Source of the DNA: Iphione sp. A-MEVVRFRX5
Taxonomy: Eukaryota
Assembly: GCA_976226885.1 (NCBI GenBank)
Contig: OZ320313.1
Coordinates: forward strand, 49,724,001-49,788,000
Reading direction: 5' to 3'
DNA length: 64,000 bases
In this document: positions 35,201 to 47,661 of the stretch, piece after piece
Layout of the letters: every line of letters starts with the position of its first letter
Numbering within the stretch: position 1 is the stretch's first letter
The notes under the pieces: generated by a model
What the model saw: the letters and a program-made list of their open reading frames with translations, nothing else
The model's database searches: none
What the model was told of the DNA's origin: nothing
Made by a program: the position numbers and the translations under genes

Positions 35201-38200
35201 CGGAAACGTTTTGTTTGTGACTAAATGTAATCACGGAAGCAATGTTTGAGTGTGTACATATCTCAATCCTGTTGCGACCGATGTTTTAGCTCAAAAATTG
35301 CCATAGAAGAGTTGACCAATATAATATGAATAGAAACAAACATACTTATATATGAAAATATATATGTACATGTACTTGTATTATGTATAAATAAATCAAT
35401 CCCACAACAAGAAATCATTAAAAAATATCAGAATAAAGCAGGTACAACCCTTATCACACCATGCATTAATCAATCGTTTAAGGCAAACTGAAGCAAAGTT
35501 CTGCTGTCTATCCTGTTTCAAGCAGTTATCTGACGTTTAACAAGTATATGGTTTAGACATTATAGTCTATTTGAGACGGAGTGCGTTGATCTACGAGATA
35601 TCACAATACCACGAATAAAACCGTTCACCGCCTGACCCGCTCACTCTCTAATGATGATAGGCAGCCGGCAAATGGTCCTGGCCAGCAATTTGCGAATCAA
35701 AGGCAACGACCTCTGTCCGCAAGACCAAGATGTTATTGTAGAGAGGTCAGCTTATCCGCTCCTTTCAATCCCATAAAGCTGGGCTCCAAGGAGCCTATTA
35801 TGGGATGTCACTAAAGGGACAATGACAGCTTCGACCGGCGCTAACTTTGTCCTCCACCAGGGGGGGGGGGGCGCCCAATAGATATCCCACCCTTACCATC
35901 ACGTGAACCTCCTGAACCTGGGAACCATGAGCTGGCTTTTAGGGAGCCGGGAGGAGGGCGGGGTGGCGTATAACTAATGGTCGGGCATGTCAAGTTTCGG
36001 GATGGTTTTAAAGGGAGACAAATGGATTGGACATTTTTGAACTGGTACATTACCGTCATCAATAAACGTGAACCGTGAGCTGTATGGGAGTGGCGTGTTT
36101 TTCACTTCACTGAACACAAGACTGTCATAAAATAGTCTAATACATGCGTTATTATTTCCTTAACAATTCTGCTTAACGTGTATAATGCCCAGCAAGCAGA
36201 CGCCGTACATGCTATCAAACAACTGGCATTCCATGATAACGAAAGGAATTACACGACACCAAGACGGTAGGGAAAACACCAGTGCATGAATTGTCCTTAT
36301 TTACACAAGGAAATGTATCATTCGTGGCTGGCTATTTAAAAATAGTTATCAATTTACATGAAGTGCATGTATAGTGCCAAATACAGAAATAACGCTGCCA
36401 TCCATGGAACAATTCCGTTTCTATTTACAAGTGAAGTCAAAATATTTGCTTTCGCGACCAGTGTACGTACGATTGGGTATGCCGGCTGAAAGGTGAGGGA
36501 CACCTGATTGAATGGAGGCCACCTGCAGGTAAAGTCCACAGAGCGCTGCGGGCGCCCAGCGGAGACAAGCTGTGGCCCGACAGGGGGCGTACTGTATTGG
36601 GGCGACACCCAGCGGGCGGTCAGTAAACTTGTCTTCAAGCGGAATTCTAGTCACCGGCCCATAAAAAAAGGTACTGCGCTCTAAACATGCACAAACCAAG
36701 GTGGATTTCTTAAACTCCGGCGTGGACCACGACTCGAAATTATATGGACACCTCGCCAAAGGTTTACACCGTAGTCATATAAAAGTAGTTTTCTACGCCT
36801 GATTGAGATTTCAAGATGCCGTGTGGTAGTGGCAGGATCGGCGGTGGTGGTGGGGTACATCTCTGTGAAGGGGGGGGGGGGGTCTCAGGAACACCTGCAG
36901 CGCACCTGCGCTCATCACAGACCGATTACCTGCATCGTGCTTGGCGCGTTGGCCACAATCAGGTGGGCATCATCTTCAACTCGGCAGCTCCAAGGTGATA
37001 ACTAATTACCACTCTCGGACCTTACAAATTCCCGATGGCTTCGAATGCCTCACAACCCACCAGCAGCGACAACCGAGCGATTCTATAAATCTCCTCCCAG
37101 GCATGCCTTTCCCAACCTACGATCCCTAATCCGTCATGCCACGTCGTCTGTGCGCGCGCACTGGTGCGTATGAGGGCGGCCCAAAAAAGTAGACAACTTT
37201 CTTTGGAGGATCGAAGCGGAAAGATGTGTTGAGTATGGGTCGAGGTCTCGATGGTAGCAGCCCTCACGGCGGCGTGAGGTTGGTCATTGTCAGTTGGAGT
37301 GGAGGAGGTGGTGTTTGTGGCCCTTCTTATGCGAGGGTCAATGACTCAAAGGCAAGAAGTGGCATGTTAAACGGATCATTCGTGTGAACCTGTCAAAAAA
37401 TTTATCACACTAAGCATGACGTGCATGCAAAATCTGTCGGAACAATGTTATTTGCTGTCAGCTTTCGATATAATGTGTAATGGTCTCTTACTACAGCTGT
37501 GTGTACATCTCACTGAGTGTCGGTATTTGGTAATTACCTAAACAGTTCAAATTTATAATTGTTGCTTTTCCTTACACTGAGCACCAGAGGCGACAGGTTG
37601 CCTGATAAGGTTGATGGGGGGTGGGGTCTGCTGTGGGCGGAGCTATAAAAAATCCTAATTTAAATGTTAAGCCACGCCTGACCAAAGTGGGTGTGTACGG
37701 TGGCGTGGGCATATACATACAACGACGCCACAACAGCGACTTCCGATACAAATATCCGAATGTTAAAAAAAAGTGCCATGTTGCTAAACACCAGGAAAAT
37801 TCTAGAAGGAAATCTTCTACAGGTTAACTCTGAAAAAACTAATCTGATGTAATGTCTGAAGTTTAGTCGTACGCAAGCTACTACATTGTTCGCTTTTACG
37901 GAGATTACATGATATTGAAGCTTTTGGTATAGAAGTGAACTTTATCCTACTAAACTTAGAACATACATGGCTTACAGCAAACTGCGTATCAAAATTTTAA
38001 ATAAGAAAAACTCAGGCAAAGGAACTGTCGAGGCCATTTTTACTGAACAGAAAAGTTATTGCCTAAGTACACTAACTTTGCTTTAGCTGACAGATACACT
38101 TTAAAGCAAACGACACTTAACGGCGTCTACGGAGAGGTCTTGTCGCCGTTTTTTCTGTCGAACTCAGCAAGTTGCTTTTAATGTCAAACTGGGCGAGAGG

Positions 38201-41200
38201 TTTGTTCTCTGAGAAAACACCAGGTGGCAGCATTGGACATCTACAGCCGAGAACTCGCATGGTGTGCCTGCCTTTATGTACTTATCATATACTACTTACA
38301 CCGCAAAGCCAGCGACCTAGCACAGTGCCTAACTACAGGAGAAAGCGCTGCTGTTGAAGATACTTTTCTTTGAATTTCAGTAGAGAAACTCCTAAACATA
38401 TTCTGTTCCTTTACAGATTGTAGAGTGTGCTCTAACCTATCAAGTCTCTGTGCCGAAATAATGGAGAAATTACCTTAAATTAGTTTAATCAGGTGTAATT
38501 TGGAGGCTACAGCGTGTTAAACAATTTCTGTTGGAGACAAAATAAATGTAAAACAACGTAGTAAGTTAAACTTCTTCTCATCACCCGTAACATGCAGGAG
38601 GAAATGCTGTCTAAAGAACATTTTTTGCATCTCTGGTAACGAAGGTATATGTATTGACGTTTACTGTACCAACTAAGTTCGTGAATTAAAGGCGGTTTGT
38701 AGTGTATTCATTTGAGTGACAAGATAGCATCTACGACTGGGTAGATGGAAATGAAGGCTCCAATATCCAAGCCACATTATTATATAACAGGTCAAGTCGC
38801 TACAAATACATGTACACTGTACACTGTGCATCTTCTATCTGTACACATGTATGTATGTATGTACACGTACATAAGTCTAGTCGCTTCAGTGAGAAGGCTA
38901 ATAGTTGATCGCTAAGGTTAACGGCTAAGCTGTTCAACATATGGCAGCATGTCTGTGATTGTCTCAAGTCCAAGATTCATGCCCCGATGTCACGTCTACC
39001 AACATATTTGTCACCAATGACAAACTAGGGGGAGTCCCCCAAGGACTCGGTTGGTTCCATGTGAGTGCCTTTGACTGCGAAAAGCAATTACGACTGTAGC
39101 AAAAGTATTCGATATTACCTATCAACACGTGTTCCATGTCTTAATTTTCCTGCGAATTCGAACTAGGATCCACATATTGGAAAACGTGTTAAATTTGCTG
39201 TGGGGGCATTCAGAAATTCATCGGGTTTCTTGGGTACGACCGTGGTTTCGTAAAATGGAACGGTGCAGTTGATTTTCCACCTGTTTCCGATGAAACAGTA
39301 CTACATGAATTACCCACGACGACTTGACTGATAGCATTATACAGATGAACATGTACGGGCCATTTGTAGCACACTTCTGTCCATGGATCACTGCAACTAA
39401 GCATGGGTTGTATGACGTTTGAATGTGTTGGTATCGATACTGAGGTTCGTGCTTGTTGGGATTAAACGTCACTCGAGGGAATAGTTCATGAGGCTGGTTT
39501 GTCTACAGCGAAGGCGCTTAGAAACACGTTAGTAAAACCGTCCGGGGTAGGACACTTCTATTTTGAAAGCCTCAAGTACCTATAGCACAGAGATTAAGGT
39601 CTGATTGCTTCGTTCCGCCCAGAGTCGTACCAAAATGGAAAACACTGGATAACTTGGAAGCGTTTGGTAATACACAACTGTTCTAGCCAACCCATGATTA
39701 CAATCACCCGTCTAAAACCGGTGCAAACGTGTTCAGCTGAAGCATAGCCTCTGTGTAGAATAGAATAGTTTTTCTTCTTGCTGCTTTTCCATTATCCTGT
39801 TCACAAGAGGGGTCATGGCAGCGACGCGTTTCTGGCTCGTGGAGGTGATAAGGAGCGCAGCGTGGCACGCCGCCATGATGGATAGAGGCTTCCGTTGGTT
39901 CCCAACGGATGGTGAGGCTCACGATCGCAACGAAGGACGGTTGCCAGCCCATGTACATTGACACCTCGTGGGATGTCAATAGCTATCACCAAGGTGAGTG
40001 GCGCAAGGGGCAGCAAGTCGCAGACGACATTTGCAAATTAAGAGTCCAAATATCTGTCACACATACATATTCCAGAAACAATGCCAACGTACTACAGTAA
40101 CCAACTGAACGATCTGTACCTTTTGTTCAATTCATTTATACCACCCTTGATTACTTAAATGTTCCTATCTTGCTAATTCTGGTCGTCGGGAGTTGGAAAG
40201 GGTTTATCTTTTTTAATCGAACGGAAGTGGTCGCAGAGATTTCGAGGGATTTTCCTGAGGAAATAGCGTATCCACTAACAAAGGAACCGTTAGACCGGTC
40301 CAACAATGCTGCACTGACCCAGTGATTTAATCGTATAACAGCAAGCAGGCGACATCCAAAAGGTACCAAAATGGATAATTACTGTTTTCATTCCAACATT
40401 CCAATTTAACTGCAGTGCAAAGACTCAAACATTACACTTGCTCCACGAATGTCATCCAAATTATGCTCAGCATTTCATAGGTTCACAATGTTACGAACAT
40501 TTTCTATCAGTATTTTCTCTGATGAAATGCCAGTTAATATTGCAGATACGCAGGTCAAAGTGATAGCGTTTTCATTCGTACAGCGAAAACAGCAGAACAA
40601 CATTAAAAGGTACTGTACTGAAAACGATACAATCCAGCGTTCAAGAAATGATTCCAACTCGGTTCTGTCTTTGCTCCAGTTTACATATGAGAGAAATAAA
40701 AACATGTCCCTCGTGGACAGATAGCGCGCCACAGAGCTGACAGTGCTTTTCCCATCCTATTTACGGTCAAATTGATTCAACTGACATTTGGGGTACGTGC
40801 AACAAATTGCTACAGGCACATCGTGTCCAAACTTCCTATTCTGCAGCCTTACATTTCAAAACCTTATAAAGGTGAAGAGCCTTTAAAAACAGAATAAAAA
40901 AAAATAACTGATGTTTCAACAACAAAATATTTGTAGTTCTATGCCTGTGTGGGGGCACACCTATGCCAATGTTTAATTCTCTAGGATATCCATGTACATG
41001 TAAATGTTAAGTCCGGGAAGAGACAGATTTTGTTACCATAATTTAGAAAAAACAGTAACAATTATTACATCATGAAATCATTCGACCCAAACTAGCACTC
41101 ATTATATATGCCACGTCTACACTTCGTAGGAAAACAGTCACTCAATATTCCTCTTAATCGACAACACAGCGGATTTCTCTATTATAAAATAAGGAAACGA

Positions 41201-42467
41201 AGTGAGAGATAAGTTAGTGAACAGAGAAGCTACCCTATTATGACCAAAAGAATGTTGTAGTCATTGCCTCTTATCCTGTTGCGTAGCAACCTGTATTGAA
41301 ATCCATTCCGAAGAAAACTATGGCTTAATATTCAAAGAAATAGTAATAGAGAGGTCTTAATTTAAAACTTTAACAAGCGCGCTTCGGCGCCTGATACACA
41401 CATGTGCACTTCCCCCCCCCCTCACCCTGATGGGTCAAAGTACAGACTGCACCCCTCCTACCCTTTGTTTTACAACCCTCGGTTCTGCATGACTGGGCAT
41501 ATAGAGGCATGAATATCCTGGTAACTGAAAAAATAGTGCCATTTTTTTTCTCATTTCCTTTATATTCTGTTTTCTACCATAACACATTTGAACACTTCCA
41601 TTTATCTTAAAAATTATTCACATAGCATTGAAGAAAACACAACACATGAGCTTAATAACATGTCTCATACACATGAGATCTCCTCCCCATGGCCGGACTA
41701 CTTTTGGGCAACGTTTTATATAGGTAGTGTAAAGAAAATATGATTATGGTTCAAGAAAAAAAATATCATAAAGTAGAGGAAGCGTAATGTGTTGATTTGG
41801 TGAAATGGAAAGAGGCAAAAGGAAAGCCGACACTTTCTAAGCTAGAAATAGGTGTCTTTAACGCCACGCTTCTACGGGAGCTTCACGCACATGACAGCCC
41901 TTCTCAGCAGTTTAAAGTTATTAATCCAAACTACTCCCTTAGGTCAACACTCAGAGATGACTAAACGCAGGACATGGCTAGTCCTCGAGCAGTCGCGAGC
42001 CAACCGAGCACTGTTCAAGGCTAGACATTGTGTGAGACCTGTTGGGTGGCAGGGCACGTGAAGAAGCATCTATGGGATTACTCCAGGTCGACACTGATGT
42101 TATTGTTTTTGAGCAAGGGGTTAATACTGATGACTGCACAGCAGATTTCTAGAAAGGCCATACTGGTGACTCGATGGTAGCTAATTAGATGGGTCTAATC
42201 AGGCATCTAGACAAACATGAGTGGTATTTATTCGATATGTCCATGTCTAAGGCTTTGTATAATACATAGTCTTGAAAGTGACTCTAATCCTTTCTCACTC
42301 GCCACATCTTATTCTTTATTTTTTTTGTTTTTGTTTTTGTTCTGAGTATCCTTATTAGACAACTGCTGCATTAATTCGATTCAGAATATCTCTCATTTCT
42401 TTCTAACGGTGTAGTCTCTGGTACCCTTTCGCAGAACTTCGTCCAGCTTATCTCTACATTATAGAGG

Positions 42468-42637
42468 CAGGCCCGTAGCCAAGGGGGTATCGGGGGTATC
42501 GTCTGATACCCCCATAGACAGTCATGACTATAAAAGTACTATAGGCCTTGATAGGGGTAAAAGCAAATTAGTTCCACCTCTGGGTTATTGGGGGTATCGT
42601 CCGTACCCCCCCAGAAAACTACCTGGCTACGGGCCTG
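42468..42637. mobile_element. 170-bp MITE with 14-bp perfect TIR and 6-bp flanking direct repeat
   Basis: CAGGCCCGTAGCCA...TGGCTACGGGCCTG; TAGAGG immediately on both sides; internal GGGGGTATCG x3. Confidence 0.85.
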
Positions 42638-45166
42638 TAGAGGAACCTATTTTGTATTTGTTGAATGAGCGCAGTAACATTTTCTACACACTGTGTCATA
42701 TATGAACACCGAGGTTGTACAGCTTGAACGCAGATTCTAGTGTGTATTCTCGATCGTCGTATTTGTCAGTTACGTTGCCTGCTTTCTCAGGCACCATAAC
42801 ATACAACACTACTAAGGACAACGATAACTTGTCGTTCACACAGACTGCAGTCTTCATAGAGGGTTCAACAATGCAGCTGTGCTGCCCTGGCGACCGATAA
42901 TAACATTTTTGGTCACCGAAATCCTATTTCAACTTCCGGCAGCGTGAGAATCCAGCTAAGGCTAGTTCTAATTTCACTGGGTCCTAGCAGAAAAGGCAAT
43001 CCTACGGGCGCGGAAGGCACGCTTACCAGACGCAAATGTCGTCTGGTTGTTATCATGGCAATGTTTCAATAACGCAGGGGTCAACTACAATATATAGCCC
43101 TGCACTCCATCAATATCGAGACTAAAGATCAATGATAGACATGTACTTGGACGCTTCTTTAATCAATCTCTGGTCAGAAACCAGTGGAGTCTCTATTTAC
43201 GACCACTCTTTTGGACCAAGCCCAAATGGTCTTATTGGCAAATTTGGTCATAAATAGAGTATAAAATGTAGAGAAAACAGCATTTTGTATTTTGGTTGTC
43301 TAATTACGATATTACGCAAAAAACACAACAATACGGTATTCGCATTGCCTGTGAAAAGAAATCAATGTCCCTTTCTCGGCAAGAGGACGGTAGGGCTACT
43401 AGGTTGCAAGTAGGAGATACTTTGACAACCGAAACTGAAAGAACTGAGGTAGATGTATAAAAACACTAAGCTCCTCAGAAGTTCATTTACATTTATGCAT
43501 GAACATACAGCATCTAGATTTAAGAGCTCATAGGTCCACAAGACCTCACTCAACGGTAAAACCGTTTGAAAGTCAAGGGTTCAGGCTGGGGCATTCCAAA
43601 GTTCCCTTTCGATAGGTGACGTTACGGAAGTTAATAGCAAGGCATAGATCGGAGAGAGGTTCTGGTAGTTCTTTTTTTCCTAGTTATTCCTTTTCCTGTT
43701 CGTTTGCCGTCTGCCCGTCTCTCCACACGTCTATCGGTTTGTCTGTGTTACCACCTACCAGCACGTCTCTGCCTGTCTGTCTGTCCGTCAGTCTTTCCAT
43801 ATGGGAGGCACAGTTTTACAGCAAAGTGTACCCGAGTATAAGATAAAACGAATCACATACTGATGTATATGATCAGCAAGAGGTCAGTGAGATGTTAATC
43901 AGTAAGAAATATGTATTTCATGAAACTGTTTCATGGTGAAACCTTTAGCGTGAAATACTGAAGACAATCTACATGGCTATTTTCACTGCTATCCGCCGAG
44001 TGGGTCGTTCTAGATATTACTTGATATTAGTACAAAAAGAAAAATCTGGGATCGTTTTTCCATGCATGCATACAGAGCAGAAAGGTTTCTTACGTCATCA
44101 TTACTTTCGAAACTGCTTAATTGTACAGAAAAGTTTGTTTAACCTATACCTACATTGACACCATCAGCCGTGGTATTATGGCCTCACCTACAAATGTACA
44201 GAGAAGATTAATTAATCATATGAATACGTATATAATATATACAGTATTACATACATTTATATATACCGACTCGAAACGGAACCCATGGACCTGACTACAT
44301 GATTAAACAATATAGCGAGATGAATTTCCCTACTACGAATATTTGCACTTGTACACATGTACATGGCGCACATACATGTGTCCATGTGCATGTATGTACG
44401 GTTGTAGCAGCTGTCCCTTTCGTCATGCACTCGTAATTTTCTTTAACATCCGTGTTCTTTTTTTTTTTATAATTTTTGTTTTCATTCTGTGGAGCACCGA
44501 GCATGTCCTCCTCCGAATGGAATGTATGACAATATGAGTGTACATATATATACACAACCGGATGCCAGATACTGGTGCCTCACTCTAACACATCGGCAGG
44601 TGTGATAGGGAACCGAACGACCGCGTAGCGGACCTCATTTGTCAGCAGGCGTGCGTGGTTTTATCATTCCTCCAAACTCCACAATGTGGTGTTATCTCCG
44701 ACGACTACTACTGCGCACAACACCATCCGTCATTCCTGTTCTCGATCGACACCATACCATATTATTCGGATTAAAACTTAATCCAAATCTTTTTGTTCTG
44801 CCCAGCTAACAGACATCACCGAACGAACTAAACGTAGTCAGATAAGGTTTTGATAAAACAGCGCATCAAGGGCATATCGTTCAGTACGTATGTCATGCAA
44901 TTCGGTTCTGCATGGGAATCCCAAGATCCAAATAGCTGGTAACTGGCGATCTGTGACATTTTTTTTTTCTTTACAAGCGCCTTCGGCACCTGCACTGGGG
45001 TTGTATGAAAAATGATGTGATACATAGACTCACAATATTTTTCTCACAAGTCCACGAGAAAAATGACAAACTACATGAGAGAGAGATACCCAGACACAGA
45101 GAGAGAGCAAGAGAGAGGGTCATTTCATGTCTGTCCAAGGGGTAAAATTCTACTCTCAGTGTCAGT

Positions 45167-45200
45167 CCTAACCCTAACCCTAACCTAGCCCTAACCCTAA
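45167..45200. repeat. Short interstitial (CCCTAA)n telomere-like tract
   Basis: CCTAACCCTAACCCTAACCTAGCCCTAACCCTAA, about 5 imperfect units. Confidence 0.7.
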
Positions 45201-45471
45201 ACTAAATTGGGAATCCCTAAATTGTGGGGGGAACGCCCCCCCCCCCCCATTGTTTGTGAATCAGCTGGGAAAATAGCAAATGCAGGCATTGTTTTCTTTA
45301 GGTATCAGTGTATGGCTATGATGTGATGTCGCTAGTGTAGTAATATATGTGGTGGGACCGGTAAAATAGAATTGAGCCCACCTATTCTGGTGAAACATTA
45401 TGGCTGTTGTGAATACTTGGTCAAGCTTTATTGAGTGCCCCCTGACACCCCCTGTGTTGGTGGCTGACTTG

Positions 45472-45566
45472 GTGAGCGGCCGAGTCGTGCTGCGGCCGAG
45501 TTAGTCAGTGGCCAACTTAATTAGTGGCCGAGTGTGTCAGCGGCCAAGTCAGTCAGCGGCCTAGTC
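45472..45566. repeat. ~16-bp minisatellite x6 (GTCAGCGGCCGAGTCA consensus)
   Basis: Six consecutive imperfect units sharing a (C/T)GGCC core. Confidence 0.8.
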
Positions 45567-47525
45567 ATCCTGCTACCATATGGGTAGTGTGTGTGTCTCT
45601 CTCTCTCTGTTTACATTCAAAGGTCAAGGTTACTGGTGTATTACTACACTCAGCTCAAGAATATAGTGCATACACATCTATATGCATTCTAGGATAGTCT
45701 AATTCAGAGGGCAAAATATGCTTTTTCCTTCATCTTTCTGAATAATTTACACAAATATACCATTGAATCAAATAAATACTGCTTCTTTCTGAAGTCACAT
45801 CAGTATGAGATGAGATTTCATGGGGACGGACTACTTTCAGGCAACGTTTTTAATAGGGAGTGTAACAATAAGATCATGCCCAGCCTCTCTCTATCTTTTT
45901 TTAAAGCCTTAAAATGCCTTTGCTCATCCGTCACCGATATCTGTGGCCGTACCATCGTTTGGTTGACGTGGCCTTCCTCCTATTGGTGTAAAGATAACAT
46001 ACGTCTCAACGGTTTAAAAAACAAACAAACAAACAAGATATTGGACGTCAGAGGGCAGGAAACCTGACATAGTGAGCGGCTATTTTCTTCCTTTCCCGCC
46101 AGGTGACACCACGGGAAAGGTCAGGTCAGACGCTGAAAAAGCACTCTCTTATAAAAGCGTGGAGAAAATCGGCAAAGTATGCGACATGGGAATGAACGGC
46201 TTTCGCATGCACTTGACCTTTGAAGGATTTATTTCTTTTTACTGACGTTATGTCTGGGGGTTTTAATTATAGGAAGAAAGTGTTACTACTTTAACTCTTG
46301 TGACGATGACAACCATTAAAATGGAATCTGCTCTGGCGAATAAAACTGGACTACTTTTCTGTGATGTTTTATGGTGGAAACACCTTTCCCTTGGCTCTGT
46401 AAAAGCCCAATGCAATTTTATCGTACAAAATCATCCAGTAACGTCAACTAGTTATACACTCACGTGATGCATTCGCTAACAAAGAACTAAGAAATCGTGC
46501 AGCAGACGAGGTAAGATTGTGGGCGGCCGGAAGTTTTTAGAAAGACTTTAGTCAAAGTGGACACTGTTGCTTGCACCTCGAGGAAACTCCAGTGTCAACA
46601 AGATATGGGAATGGCTTCAGTCAATGGCCAACCTCTCACAACTGTCTAGCAGTGCAAGATGATGATGTTGCCTCCTTGGTTTCTCGGGGCCACTCCAAGT
46701 GTAGACCTCTTTAGCAAGACGGCAGCCGCCCCTCTCAGCCAGAGGCGCGAGTCAAATAAAGCCCTTACCCACCCTCATCAAGACCTGGGCCCGCCACCTC
46801 CGTCTTCTTTTTCTTTGTCACAGGCCCGCCTAAATAAATGTCAGGCCGGACAATAATGTATTGTCTGGGGGACAGAGACGGTGGTATAATCTCGGCCATC
46901 GGAAACAGTCATGCCTCTTTATGTTGAGGATCTCCGTCCTTAAACTAGTTTGTTCTATACGCGGAGGTCGGAGTGGGTTGCGGGTCGGAGGGTACTGGAT
47001 TCAGGCCTTTGAATCACAGATTCATTCTACACTGGTCTACTTGGGCGTCCGGTGATTACTTACCTAGAATTCTAGGTGCAATTTGTGATCCGATGGGTGG
47101 ACGCTGGGCATTTGCTTTCGGGGAACCTGAGACCCCCGACCCATGACATTAATAAACTGCCCGTGGCTTCTCGGGTTCCGAGTCGCTAGGAAGAAGAAGT
47201 TATCTATCGAAGCTGTATTTCATAAAGCCTATCTTTGACATCCACTTCTTTCAGCAGAATTTGCCTTTGTATTTAACGCCAATACTCATGATGGTACAGT
47301 ATCATGAATTTGCTTAGTCTCTGGATTCATTGTACATGTACATAGACATGTTCATGTTAGACATGTACCTATAGATACGCACAACACATAACTTTATTTA
47401 CTGGCTGGGCTGAACTGGGCACTATTACATTTGATTTGGGAGCCCTCTACATATCAATTCAACCGGAATGCGCATATCGCTTCGTATCACATACCCTTGA
47501 CTTAAAGTAATCGTTGGAGTTTTCA

Positions 47526-47661
47526 NNNNNNNNNNNNNNNNNNNNNNNNNNNNNNNNNNNNNNNNNNNNNNNNNNNNNNNNNNNNNNNNNNNNNNNNNNN
47601 NNNNNNNNNNNNNNNNNNNNNNNNNNNNNNNNNNNNNNNNNNNNNNNNNNNNNNNNNNNNN
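47526..47661. other. Assembly gap (136 N)
   Basis: Run of N. Confidence 1.
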
